Part shown: in pieces, positions 1 to 11,393 of the stretch
Layout of the letters: each line of letters begins with the position of its first letter
How positions within the stretch are numbered: position 1 is the stretch's first letter
Assembly: GCA_010015585.1 (NCBI GenBank)
Contig: ML975165.1
Length of the DNA: 20,000 nucleotides
From: Eremomyces bilateralis CBS 781.70
Lineage: Eukaryota
Direction: 5' to 3' (one strand)
Notes under the pieces: generated by a model
Told to the model about the DNA's origin: nothing
Seen by the model: the letters and a program-made list of their open reading frames with translations, nothing else
Database searches by the model: none
Made by a program: the position numbers and the translations under genes

Positions 1-1328
1 GCCGAGGGAGTCGAGGAGACGGGGAAGCGTGGCATTGGTGGGGAGCGGCAGCTTTAAGAAGAGGTGGAGGGTCGTGAGGGCGGTGACAGTTGAACGGAGC
101 TCGGCGCGGGTCTTGACTGCAATCATAGGAAATTTGAAGTTAGGGTTATCAAGGCGCTCGCCGATGACAGACTCGAGAGTAGGGATGAATTCTAGGGTTT
201 TCCACTGTCCGTCGAAGTTGATATTCTCCGGAATATGCGGGGGCTCCTTGAGTATGCCTTCTGAATGCGCCTTTCTCAGTGCTTTCACTATGCGGACCAG
301 GATATTCCGTGTTCGTGAAATGAGTACTTTCTTATTGGCATGCGGTTCGTAGAATTCGCACATGGTGAATTCTGGGTTGTGTGTAGCGTCAACTCCTTCA
401 TTCCGGAAGGCTGGTCCAATTTCGTAAACCGGTCCAATGTCGCCAACAATCATGCGCTTCAAAAAAAGCTCAGGGGCAATTCGGAGTCTTAAATCGACAT
501 TTGTCATCTCCGTAGCAATTGTTCGAAACGACCGAGCGGCAGCCCCTGATGCGCCGAAGCCGAGGATTGGAGTGTTGACTTCGGTGAAGCGGAAGCCGTC
601 GAAGTACGACCGCATGGTCTGCTGAATGATATGGCGTATTCTGATGGCGTTCGTGAGTTGTGGATCCGTCATCATAGCCACATGCCTGCGTCTGGCAAGA
701 GCCTCCTTCTTTGCGATCCCCTTCGGGATGAGGTGCAACGAGGGCGCAATGATCTCGGGTAGTTGGTTCGCTCGTAATCCAATTGTCCCGGGCATTCGCT
801 CAACTTCGTGTAAAGTGCCACGGACCCGAATATGATCACCGACGCGGAGGAGTTTATGTAGGTTTCGGAAATCATCCTTCAAAAGGAATTCCGGCATCGA
901 GGAGTAGCTCGCAGTCACCTGCGTATGTGTCTTTCCATCGGTGATGTGGATGAAATGGAGGTTCGAGCCGAGATGCGCAAGCTTTTCGATCCTGCCTAAC
1001 AAACATCAGCGGGGAATGGAAGCAGCTATCTCGACTATAGCGAACCGTGAACATAGACAGAATGAACCGGTGACGGCTCATCGGATTGTTGGCGTTGCTG
1101 AAGGTTGATAGAGGCATTGTAACGGTCCGGGAGGGTGGACAATTCTGTAGGATTGCTTAATATGCGAGGGTAAAGCCGTCGCAGGGGAGCATATTCCTTC
1201 AAATCTTCCACTCGCTTTTCATATTCCGCGGTCGTGGGACTGGACCTTTGTGTAGGAGGTTGTGGTTGAGGAGCGGTAGCATATTTTCGAATGGAGTTCG
1301 CAGCGCGTCGGACTACATATCTGCGCAT
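1..1328 (-). CDS. MSK1: Mitochondrial lysyl-tRNA synthetase (class II aaRS), 3'-truncated by window edge; exons 1328-1046 and 995-<1
   Basis: The R-rich, acid-poor N-terminus MRRYVVRRAANSIRKYAT resembles a mitochondrial presequence. A 50-nt intron (1045-996, GTTCGC...GCTGAT...TAG) joins in frame to a long exon missing from the ORF track. That exon reads ...FTEVNTPIL...GAAARSFRT...LRLRIAPELFLKRMIVGDIGPVYEIGPAFRNEGVDATHNPEFTMCEFY, which are LysRS motif 1 and motif 2 signatures. Confidence 0.92.
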
Positions 1329-1791
1329 ACTACAACGTCGTCAGCACTGTTGTCGTCTTCAGCAACATGGAACATGAGTGGAATCGATAAGGGGCCAGAA
1401 ATAAAACAGAAATGTAGTCATGCGATGAACATCGTCATACGCAGCGGTTCTGAATGTACGCAGTTTCACTAATTGCTGAGCGCAAATTGAGATTCGACTT
1501 ACTTGGCTTAAGAGGAACTCAGTATGAGCCCCCAGGCATTCCGATCAGCCAAAATTGACGACAATATGCTTCGACAACAAACCGGGAGTGAGTCAAGCTG
1601 TGGTCACATTCAATGTTAAAAAGGTTCAATTGGAGATCCTGATATTCATGACTACATTCCTGGTGGATGCGATCGAAGACCCCTGTCCCACCCCTGCTTG
1701 CTCCAAGAGCCTCAATATCGTAAACCTTAAAGAGTAACATTCAAGTTCTGACCAGCTTCTCCTCTTGACGATTTCACTTAATGAATTCGTC

Positions 1792-3429
1792 CTATCCATC
1801 TTTGTATATGTCAGAGTCGAATTTCGCGGGAAACCTATCCCTTCCTTCAGCACTCTTGCTGACCCAAACGCTGATGCTGATCCCAGGACATTTAAACAAC
1901 CCCCATCCCTCCTCATCAATCGTAACTTCGTCGGGCTGCCAGCCTAGCAAGTCGGTCCAAACTTCCCCAGCATGCTCGTTGCCCACGAGCATCTTCCGTT
2001 CCCCTGGACCTGCGTTGCTCATCACGCAAGCGAGTCCGTTTGGCCTGTCGCTCGTCCCCTGACGCACCCAGCCGATGCAGTTTTCCTCGTCGAAATAGTC
2101 ATTCTGCTCTCCATATCCATAAAGTTTGCGAGCAAGGATTAGATCGGGCAGCTTACCGCCGCAGGAGGGCGGTTCAGGGTGCTCGCCACCTATCCCGTAG
2201 AGGTCGCCGTAGAATACGCAAGGGTACCCGTCTTGCCGAAGAAGAATGAGGCTGTAGGCCAGCGGTTTGAAAAATCCTTCGATTGGAGTCTCCATTGTCT
2301 GCCCGGGTTGCGTATCATGGTTCATTACGCAAGTCTGAATGCGGTTTTCTGCGTCAGCTGAAGGGTATATACGTGGGTATTTAAGAAGTGACTTACAACA
2401 GCATTCATGGGCGCTTCCTGAACAAGACTGTTGTCGAGAACTTGCCTCAGGTCGGCATTTTCTGACGTCGATATTTGGGAGAAATTGTAGAGCAACGGCG
2501 AGTCAAAGAGGTGAAATTTTGGACCCATGGAGTCCAGCCACTCCTTCAGCGTCGACGTTTCACCAACCCAATACTCTCCCACCATGAAGATGTCGTCGCC
2601 GCATTCTTGTCTGACAAACGACACCCAATGATCGGTGAATGTCTCCGAGTAGTGCTGAACAGCATCCAGTCGAAATCCTTTCAAGCCAAGCTCTTTCGTA
2701 ATCCAAACCCCCCAGTTCTTGACATCGTCGGAGCACTCCTTGTGGTGGAAGTCGACGTCCGCAAACATCATATAATCCTCGTTCTTCGGGACAGTGTGGC
2801 TCCAATGCTTGTCGTCGCCGAGGATGCGGTAGATTGCCGTCTTTTCATTTGCGCCGTTGTAGTCAGTCCCGGTGAAATGATCCCAGTGATACTTCTGAGA
2901 ACTGTATGCGTCTCCTCGTCCAGGGAAGTCAAATCCCAACCATGCGTCTATCTCATACGGATCGGTCACTGCCTTCTCATGGTCTTCGGAGTCGACTTCA
3001 ACCGCTTGGCATTTCTCTTTGTGGTCCGCTCCGGCCTTGTGGTTCAGAACTGCGTCCCAATATAGGCCGACACCAACGTCTTTGGCCTTCTTGGCTAGTT
3101 CCATGAGTTCCTCTTTGCCGCCCCATTTCGTGCGTCGCGACCCTTTCTGTTCGAATTCGCCCAGATCATACAGGTCATAGATATCATAGCCGTTCCCCTC
3201 TGAGCTGGATGCTTTACATCCTGGAGGAAGCCATATGTTGTCTATGCCAACTGATTTGAGAGTATCGATCTTGGAGAGAAGTCGCTTCCAGTGGTTGCCA
3301 TCTGCTGGTACATTCCACTCAAAACCCTGAAGTAGAGTGGCATTTTCAGCAGTCGGGGTATCTGCTTGCAATTGTCATTAGTCGGCTGCCACAAATTAGT
3401 GGGAATATCAACGCACGTTGGGATCCCAT
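1792..3429 (-). CDS. Intracellular alpha-amylase, GH13 subfamily 5 (bacterial liquefying-type); exons 3429-3417, 3361-2397, 2334-1792; ~506 aa
   Basis: GH13 conserved regions are present: LLQGFEW, GYDIYDLYDLGEF, DAVLNHK, GFRLDAVQH (nucleophile Asp), VGEYW (acid/base Glu), VMNHDTQPGQ, GYPCVFYGDLYG. Introns 3416-3362 (GTGCGT..CAG, 55 nt) and 2396-2335 (GTAAGT..GCTGAC..CAG, 62 nt) restore the frame. The N-terminus MGSQHTPTAEN has no signal peptide. Confidence 0.93.
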
Positions 3430-4562
3430 TTCAAGTCTCGTTTATTTGCCTATCCGTTGGATTTTGAGGAAGAGAGGATCTCACTACCGTAACTGCAGCA
3501 TTTTCTATAATATGATTTGGGCCAGGAAAGCGCGAGCAATATGTCATACTGTTGCATCATGCCAAGCAGTGGTTCTCCCCAAACCTGCATTTTTTACGGA
3601 GCTATATCCAACCAATAGCACTACATACTATATTGGTAACACTAGCAAATAGCAATTTATGGGTTGGAATTAAGAGTTTGAAGTGTATCGCGAACCGTAA
3701 TGTTGATGACGTCGAAGGTTGAACAACATGGGGCTGGCGATCAAGGAAGATCGAAGCTGCGGTTTTGGATCTTTTAGTGCGCCAGATTAGGTATCAGCCT
3801 TGGTGCCTTGAGATTCGCCCCACCACGTGACTCCCTCCTACCAACTAGCCGGAGGAACCATCTCCGATTGGCCTCGTCACCCAACACCGCGGCTTGACTG
3901 ATGATTACTGATCACCTTTGCTGATAACGTTATGCTTGGTGCTGTGAAACCCTGCATTCATCACTCGCGAGCCGCGGAGCCTCGTATTCTTTGGTCGCAG
4001 GCTTGAAGGTTGAGCCGGTGAATTACGCCTTTCGTGGGGTCCTGATATTGTTAGGCACTCGTGGAAGCAACTGGGACTACCTGGCTATCGATCTTAAACT
4101 TCTGATCGTGTATCCTTCTATCTGACGTTTCCAACCTTCTAATTTAGTTAATATTGTTCATCCTTGAGTCTAGACTTCAGAATACAGTCCATCCCCAGTC
4201 AGCACTATGTATAGGAATTAGGAGGGTCTCCACCCTTCCAACCTTCCCATACGACAAGGCCGCCTGAATACGTCTTCTTTGGAACTTGCCATAGTTGAAA
4301 GGCCCTTGAGGATATATCTTACTCATCATTGACAGAGTCTTCGAATCGACTTCTAGAAGGGCGTGCCACCGCCTCTGCTGACAAAAGTCGCCTTGCGTGC
4401 TCTGGCTCCATTGAATGCCATTGCTACCCAGTATCCTGCCAACTACAAAGGAATATGCGAAGTAACGATATCAAACTGTGACAATAAAACTATTTCAAAC
4501 TACATTCAGCTTGTCTGCCTGAAGAGGTTCATAAGAGAAGGGCGACGTGGTGATCCGGCAAT
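3430..4562. promoter_or_regulatory. Divergent promoter region between the alpha-amylase and bZIP genes
   Basis: The two genes are head-to-head. Candidate motifs: CRE-like TGACGT 3707-3712, E-box CACGTG 3824-3829, and CGG-N11-CCG 3850-3866 directly followed by ATTGG (reverse CCAAT) 3867-3871. Each short motif could occur by chance. Confidence 0.5.
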
Positions 4563-6788
4563 ATGACATCCTCCGAAAGCGAAACAGGGGTTACGAGAAA
4601 GAGGCAACGGACTTCCTCTACCAAGTCCGCCGGCGCCGATGAAAGCAAAAGACATCGAGGAAGGCCTCGAGTCGACCCGCAAGACGAGACCGCAGCAGAT
4701 GTGAGTTACGATAATTCCCCTATTCCGTTTCGAATGGACATTACAAAGCATCCGAAGTTTGAACTTCGAGTAATCAGCTATCCCTCCAAGCGTTTGAAAT
4801 CTTGCCAATTGATACCCGTTACCCCGTTACCCTGTTGCCGTCCCAGAGCTCCTATTGACATTATGACAGAAACGGCGAACGCAAATTCGCTTGGCTCAGA
4901 GAGCATACCGGCAAAGGAAAGAGACCACTATCGGTTCGTTGAAAAAACAGGTCTCTGATCTTCAGTCGATCATTGAGGAAATGAACAAGTCATTCCTTAA
5001 CTTCAACGATACGGCCGTGAATCTAGGGATTCTTCAAGCAAAACCTGAACTAGCGCAAGCTTTAAGGAACGCAACGGAGCAATTCATCACCTTAGCGAAA
5101 ACCGCAAATAGCGGAGATGAAGAGAATGGAGACGATGCAGAAACCCCGGAGTCTAATGCAAGCAAAACAAAGTCTTCTCAGGACTCCGCGGCTATATCTG
5201 GAGGCGATCGAGAGCCGCCCAAGGAACCTACCCCGCAGAAACAGCGTACCGTGGACATCGGCATGGGATATACGAAGACATTTTATGATGCTTCGTCCTC
5301 CCCTCGTCCATCTAACCTGGAGTCGCATGATGCCTTCCCGTTGACAGGATCCCCCGATCAAAACTTCGTTCAAAGCAACGATGCATCAATCACCACGAGT
5401 AACAATTACAATCTCACCCAATATCACGCATTCATGCCATCTCCCCCAGGTTCACCGCTTGGAATGGCCCTTGATGCGTGGCATAAGACAGTATCCGTAC
5501 CACAGCCTCTTACATTCTCCTTCAATGAGACCACATTCGCTCGCCGCCTACATCGTGCTGCTATAGAGTCAGGGTACCAACTTCTTGCCAACGCCGATGT
5601 TCGTACCACGCTTTTCAAACATGTCTTCAAACTCTCTTTACTTTATAATACACCCGAACAAATCTTCCTCAAATTTCGGTCTATACTTCTGCGAGAGCCG
5701 ACCGCATCTCTGGAATTTTGGCAAACGCCTTTCATTCATCTTGGTGGTGCTGGCACTCATTATCCCCGACGGGACGAGACAGGCGCTCTCATAGGGCCAA
5801 AAAACAGTTGGCAAGTGCGGAGCATAGGACCTATGAGATCAAAGATCGGAAGAGCAAGATTGGAAAGCGGCCAAGGGGCTGGAGACGCTGGGATCGATCT
5901 TGATCTCGAAGGCTTTGATGGCGAATGGTTCGATTCCAACGATGTCCAAGGTTATCTCGAGGAGAAAGGGATCTTCATTCAACCTCGCGCTAGCTTTGCA
6001 GAAGCGGAATACGTGGATATTGATGGCTTGACTGGCACTGGTGATGGATTCTTGGTCAGCATGCCGACTGATGAGGAAGACCTCACTGTTGGCCGATCCT
6101 GTCTGCGTAACGCATCAATGAACTTAGGGTCGAGTGCAGATCAAGGGATGGACTATTTCTCACCAAACGAGTCGCCCCCGCCCACATTTTTAACAAAAGG
6201 AGCACAGATGGACCTTCTATCACAGCCGACGATAACAGGAGCTCCAGAATTGAAGTCATCTTCATTCACCCCGCCCTCTACCGACCTTGGCTTCGATCCG
6301 CAGATAGGTCTCCTTGGCGATGTGATGGATAATTCTAATCTGGAATTCGGCGACCTCGCCGCTGGTGTCCCCTCCCTCGGATCGTTCTCCAACATTGATA
6401 TCGACACGTCGGAGAAAATATCTAATGCATGGTTCGACGACTTCAGTCTGTACGAAGAATCCTCGATATCCAAAAGTGGGAGCAGTGTGTCAGCGGGCAC
6501 GTCAGCAGGCACACCATCACCTCCGGCCATTCGGATGCCGTTGCCGAGGGTCGGCGATTCTGCTTTTGCTGGCACAGGAAAGGATCGTGCAGTCAGGCGG
6601 AAGGTGGTGATTGATGTTCCTAGGTTTGTTGATGGTGAGTCGCGTATCAGGTTTCATACTCGTATTGAAGAAAGCTAACCACGCGCGCAGAACTGATCAT
6701 GCGTGCTGTTTGTCTTGGTCGTGCGCCGGGGTTCCGACGAAGAGATGTTGATCGAGCGTTTGAGCGATCTATCATACAAATGGGCTAG
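4563..6788 (+). CDS. Fungal bZIP transcription factor (AP-1/YAP-like basic region); exons 4563-4700, 4870-6634, 6691-6788; ~666 aa
   Basis: The spliced basic region RGRPRVDPQDETAAD|KRRTQIRLAQRAYRQRKE is followed by a zipper (LKKQVSDLQSIIEEMNKSF). Other blocks: TFSFNETTFARRLHR, GEWFDSNDVQGYL and C-terminal CLGRAPGFRRRDV. Introns are 4701-4869 (GTGAGT..CAG) and 6635-6690 (GTGAGT..GCTAAC..CAG). Confidence 0.88.
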
Positions 6789-7976
6789 CTGGCATTTGCG
6801 GTTTCGGCGGGCATTCTTGCAACCTGCTTGGACGAGATGCGTTTATGGAGTTTTGGATACTCCATCTAGGTTGATCCGGTTGGCGGGTGACTACGGTTCG
6901 ATGAAACATTCGCTCTGGATGGCGCACGTGTTTCGTAGGCCCTGCCTCTTAATCACTTGAGTTATATGTGTCAGATGATCGAGTCTCGACGCGTTCCTCA
7001 CTCTATGGGGAAAAGGGGATATGGGCATGATGAGAGACAGGGTCGGTTCGTGTATCATTATCGATGCAGACGCGACGAATGCCATCACTACGACAGTCGA
7101 CAGGAAATTCACCTTTCAAAATCGAAACTTCATTCAAGAGCGCACTTTTTCCAGTCTCCATCCAGGCGCGTTGCGGCGCTCGTCTCTGTTTTCATTTGCA
7201 AAACGCGCTGCGAACCTGGTTACCAAGCGACGGTTGCCGGGATTTATTGTTTCAAACGAAGGTTTAAATAATCAGCCACGTCCATACAAAGTTCCACACA
7301 GACCATAGCTAATTGTGACCTCTATCCATCCACTTTCTACCAAATTGGGATCTCAACGCCACGACTAACTTGTTCCTGACGCGTCTGTCGCGACAGATTT
7401 GATCAATAGACGCGACCTCCCCTGTAAGAACGGATTCGGCGGCGCAGTGCATGCGTTAGCGGCTGCCAAGTGCTGCAGCCAACCACACCGAACCTCCCCG
7501 CCATTGGCTGCCCCGGCTACACTCGAAACATCCAGCACATCCCCCCGCCTCTGCTCCCACTGACCGACCAAAGAACACGTCCAACACGCTCGATACTTAA
7601 TCGCACGACCGCGACATAGTCGCGATGCTGTTTAACACCATCCTGTTTTCGATTCCTGGTCGCGTTTTGGCTCACGGCCACACTGGCCAGCCGTTGCCGT
7701 TGAGTCATACTTGCATCGTACATGTTGTTTTCGACAGCCATCGCCCGCGTTCCTCACCGGACGGGTAGAAAAGATGGCGGGCATGGTGAATGAGTTGCCT
7801 GATGAACCTGAGATGCCCAGTTTTGCGATGTTGCGATCTAGATATCCAAGATTCCTCCATGCGCGTGGCTGTTTATCGTAGCAATCACTGTTATTAGCTA
7901 TCGTCAATCTTCGCTTCTTCTAATTCAATTGCTGGGTAAAGGCTCAGGGACTTGGTTGTTACGACTTACGAATGAA

Positions 7977-10285
7977 ATGAATTGCGAATCCTCAAATCCG
8001 TCCCTGCGTCGCACGGAGTCTGCGGAATCGGCCGGTCAGCAATCGGCGAAACGATTGTTGTTTGGCGAGATTGATACTAGTAGTTGTTCTACATTGTCGA
8101 CTGGTCGAAGATGTAAGCGCTTTTGGCTTTTGAGTCCCATCTGAATTTGCGCATTTATACGAAATCACTGCGGTGCCTTTCGAAAAGGGAGGTCTGGCTG
8201 GTTGCTGACTGGCTATCTGTAGCACGAACAAACAGCTCGGTCTGCGCCTTGGTGGACTCCAGAGACCGGTTCTTCAACCGCTTCTGGGCAGAAGAAAACT
8301 GTCGGGATTCCTTTTTGTCGCAGGTCGACAGGAAGACGTTGCCAAATCTCAGACTTGTTTGCCATGACTTTGGAGCGCGGGCAGCTCCAATTCTTTTCGA
8401 AGAGGTCAGTATCACTTTCAAGACCAGTACTTTCGCGCGGCCGACGCGACTCCTGGCCCTTGAAAGGATCGGGCATCATGTGAAGACTTTCAAGTTCAAT
8501 ATGCCTCATCTGCAGGAGACTTTCCTCCCGCCGCTCATTGACGACGTGACGGGAGAAGGGAGAAGCTTTGTCTACACCCCGCAGATACACAAGCCGGAAA
8601 CTCTCATCGGGAAAGTCAAACTGCCAAAGTATGGAAGTTGGGAGATGACGGATATGCTGATCAAACAGTATCCGCCCCTCTTCCATGCCGCTACCAACAT
8701 CCCTTCGTTTATTCGCGCTCTTGAGGCTTTGCCGACATTATCGCATTTAATTGTCAATTGCCCTGGTCAGACGGTTGGACAGCGCAATCGGCGCAGCACT
8801 GTTGACTACGCACTGATATCATTGCGCATTGCGGTTGAACGCGCGTCACTGCCTCTGCTATCGCGGTTGACCTTTGCCCATATCCATCCCGGGGGCCTTC
8901 TTTACATGCACCCGATGCTTGGCCTAGGTTCTCCTCCAGGAACGGCGAAGTGCTGGAGACAAATCAAGCACCTTAGCCTTACGGTGGACGCCATTTCCGT
9001 GGAACCAACACCAGCAAATATGAGAGGTGACGGGCTGGAGCACTTAAGGGTTCTTCACACCTTTTTTAGTGCCTTTTCACCACGCGTGAAGCAGCTCTAC
9101 TTCCAATGGTTAGGTGGAAAGGGCCCATGTCCATTATCGTTGGACCTGGAGCCTGCGTTGCAATCACAGCCGTCCGTTGATGGACCATCGCCGAAGCCGT
9201 CGTTGTCATCCTTACCGCCACCTACTCCCCCCAGGTTGCGAAAACCGCACGCAATATCTTCGACACCGCCGCCGCGTCAACCGCCGCGTCCGCAAACGCC
9301 GCCTGTGGATTTCTGCCCCTCCCCTTCTCTCTCTACAACTTCGACCTTCTCCAAGTCCTCCTCGATCTCTAACTCCTCTCCGAAGCGGTCAAATTCCACC
9401 AGGCGTGAGATGCCTCCTCTACCGCGCCTCGACACTGCGTTCTCCCGTGGCCCGAACCCCTACTTCCCACCTACCCCTCCCTCTTCTTCCTCATCCGTCA
9501 ACTCCTCCGGTTCCCGGGGTTCTTTCTCCCCTACCAGAGTGCCGTCCACAGCGAACACCACACCTTTAAGCCCCTCGCCTTCCCTACCCGCTGTCTACTT
9601 CCCTCGCCTCACCCATCTCAGTCTCCAGTCCCTTAGCACCCCAGCATCTCATCTCGCTGCTCTCATCACACGCCACCAACGGTCTCTCGAAGATTTTGCT
9701 TTCGAAGCGTGTCATCTAACCTCCGGCGACTGGGACGAGGCACTCGAGCCGCTCACCGCCATCACCGGCTCTTCCCGCTGGAAAGGTCGCGAGGTTGAGG
9801 TGTGGGACGTACCGCTCATCATCGACGGAGCCGGCGGCATGGGTGTCAGGAGTAGCATGGTGAGCTCTCGGAGTCGGAGAACGCCTGTGCCACGTGGTGT
9901 GCGGAACCAGGTAGTACTGGATGCAGCAAAGAAGGCGAAGGAATCCAAACGGCCGATGGAAGTGATGTTCAAGGAGGTGGCGCTGGAGACGGAAGCACCG
10001 CGGAGGGATGGCGGAGGTTGGAGACCTGCGCTTCCTCCGATCCCTCCCACGAAGATCTTCGATGGGGAGGGATTCACGGGCATTCCACGTCCTATGAGCC
10101 GGCTCGAGAGACACGCCTTGGGAATGTCGGACGAGGAAGGGAAGAAGAAAGGGAGGCTGGGGAGGTGGTTCGGCAGGAGGAAAAGGGATGCGGTTGGCGG
10201 GAGCAATGTTAACGGGACACTTCCGCCGATAAACGAGGAAGAGCCTGCCAGGAGGAATTGGTTAGGTGTATTGACTTGGAGGTGA
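7977..10285 (+). CDS. Fungal protein of unknown function with F-box-like N-terminal motif and long Pro/Ser-rich insert; proposed exons 7977-8112 and 8223-10285; ~732 aa
   Basis: The open frame 8123-10285 is 2.1 kb and contains an F-box-like segment (DSFLSQVDRKTLPNLRLVCHDFGARAAPILFEEVSI) and LRR-like LxxLxL stretches (LPTLSHLIV, LSRLTF, FPRLTHLSL). The ORF-track start is a TTG. ATG 7977 plus a 110-nt intron 8113-8222 (GTAAGC..GCTGAC..TAG, phase 1) joins in frame. The exact 5' end is uncertain. Confidence 0.75.
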
Positions 10286-10862
10286 TGAGAGATGTTTGCT
10301 TGACAGTATTGCACATATTCACCGGCTTCCTCTTGTACCAAAGAGGTTGCAACGGATTGTTATTACCATGCTTTATGGACGACGAACTTTGCATTCGTTT
10401 ATTTCACGACTCGGACGTCTCACGATCTTTACGATACTTCGTACCATTCAAGATTTATATCAATATTACGAAATATCTATATCTTCAATGTCTCGACCAC
10501 GTATTTATCTTTGTCTGAAGTGTTCTAGGATATTTATGAGCGAAACGGATTGTCACGTTCAACGCCACACACTTCCTAGCAATATAAAGGGATGTGGTTC
10601 AGGATCACGTTGTATGGTATGGCAGCACGGGGCTAGGGAGCTCGTCCATGTTTGCCAACATCCCACTTTCCTCTCACCTATACTTCACTTCCACACAATG
10701 GTCATCAACATACAACCCCGCATGTAACCAGCTTCTGATGGAATGAAGCGATCGTATTGCAGATTGATTACGAACCCCCCAAATGCCCATGAAAACCATT
10801 GCAGCTGTCACACATAGCACCAACGAGAAGCAGGCGCATGCATCGTAAGCTCGCCTCGCATC

Positions 10863-11018
10863 ATGGGGAGACTGGGGAGGTTGGCCCGAGGGTGGCCTAC
10901 TAGGACACTCGTGGCCACCATTGTCTTAGTGTTTGTTCTGCTACATTGGGCGTATATGTTTGAAGAGCGTGTGCGGTTTGAAATCGGAGGGAAACAGGTT
11001 GGAGAATGGGCGAAGTCG
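10863..11018 (+). other. Candidate alternative first coding exon of the GH31 gene (basic N-terminus plus transmembrane segment)
   Basis: It encodes MGRLGRLARGWPTRTLVATIVLVFVLLHWAYMF...WAKS and ends at a consensus GTGAGT donor (11019, phase 0). An in-frame acceptor CAG lies at 11451-11453, downstream of branch site GCTAAC 11426-11431. Confidence 0.45.
10974..10998 (+). promoter_or_regulatory. Tandem AmyR-type Zn2Cys6 binding element CGG-N8-CGG-N8-AGG upstream of the alpha-glucosidase
   Basis: CGGTTTGAAATCGGAGGGAAACAGG matches CGGN8(C/A)GG twice, overlapping, about 400 nt upstream of ATG 11394. CreA-type SYGGRG matches lie at 10872-10877 (+) and 10716-10721 (-). Confidence 0.5.
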
Positions 11019-11393
11019 GTGAGTGACGCTCTATTCAACCCAAGCTAGCATTGCATGTCAGGCCCACTGGGCAGCATCTCCATTATTGAAGGATAAATGT
11101 TTTTCGTAAAGTTGCAGACATAAAGGCACAGTCCCTTATCATGCCTTCTACAATGATATTTTCCGGGTTGATCTTGCCACCTTTTTTCCGACATGGCTGT
11201 TGTCCCTACTTTGAATCTTGTCTGTGCTACAGTACGGCATATGAAGCGCGTCATGGTAAGGAGATTCGGAGATCCAGTTATCGTAAGGAGCATATGCCAC
11301 GCGTTCAACTTTTAAGAGGCCAGTCTTTCGCATTTGGTCGAGTCATTTCCTGTTTCCCGACATGAAGTCGAAACTTTTGGTGTGAAGGAGTCA

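Noticed and set aside
29..1117. Several short ORFs on both strands
   Set aside because: They overlap the lysyl-tRNA synthetase exon, which the ORF track missed because it has no stop inside the window.
2325..2396. Apparent frameshift or split between the two amylase ORFs
   Set aside because: Explained by a canonical 62-nt intron; not a pseudogene or programmed frameshift.
9712..10341. 209-aa minus-strand ORF and other antisense ORFs in the bZIP, F-box-like, GH31 and TOA1 genes
   Set aside because: Antisense to well-supported genes, low complexity, and without motifs.
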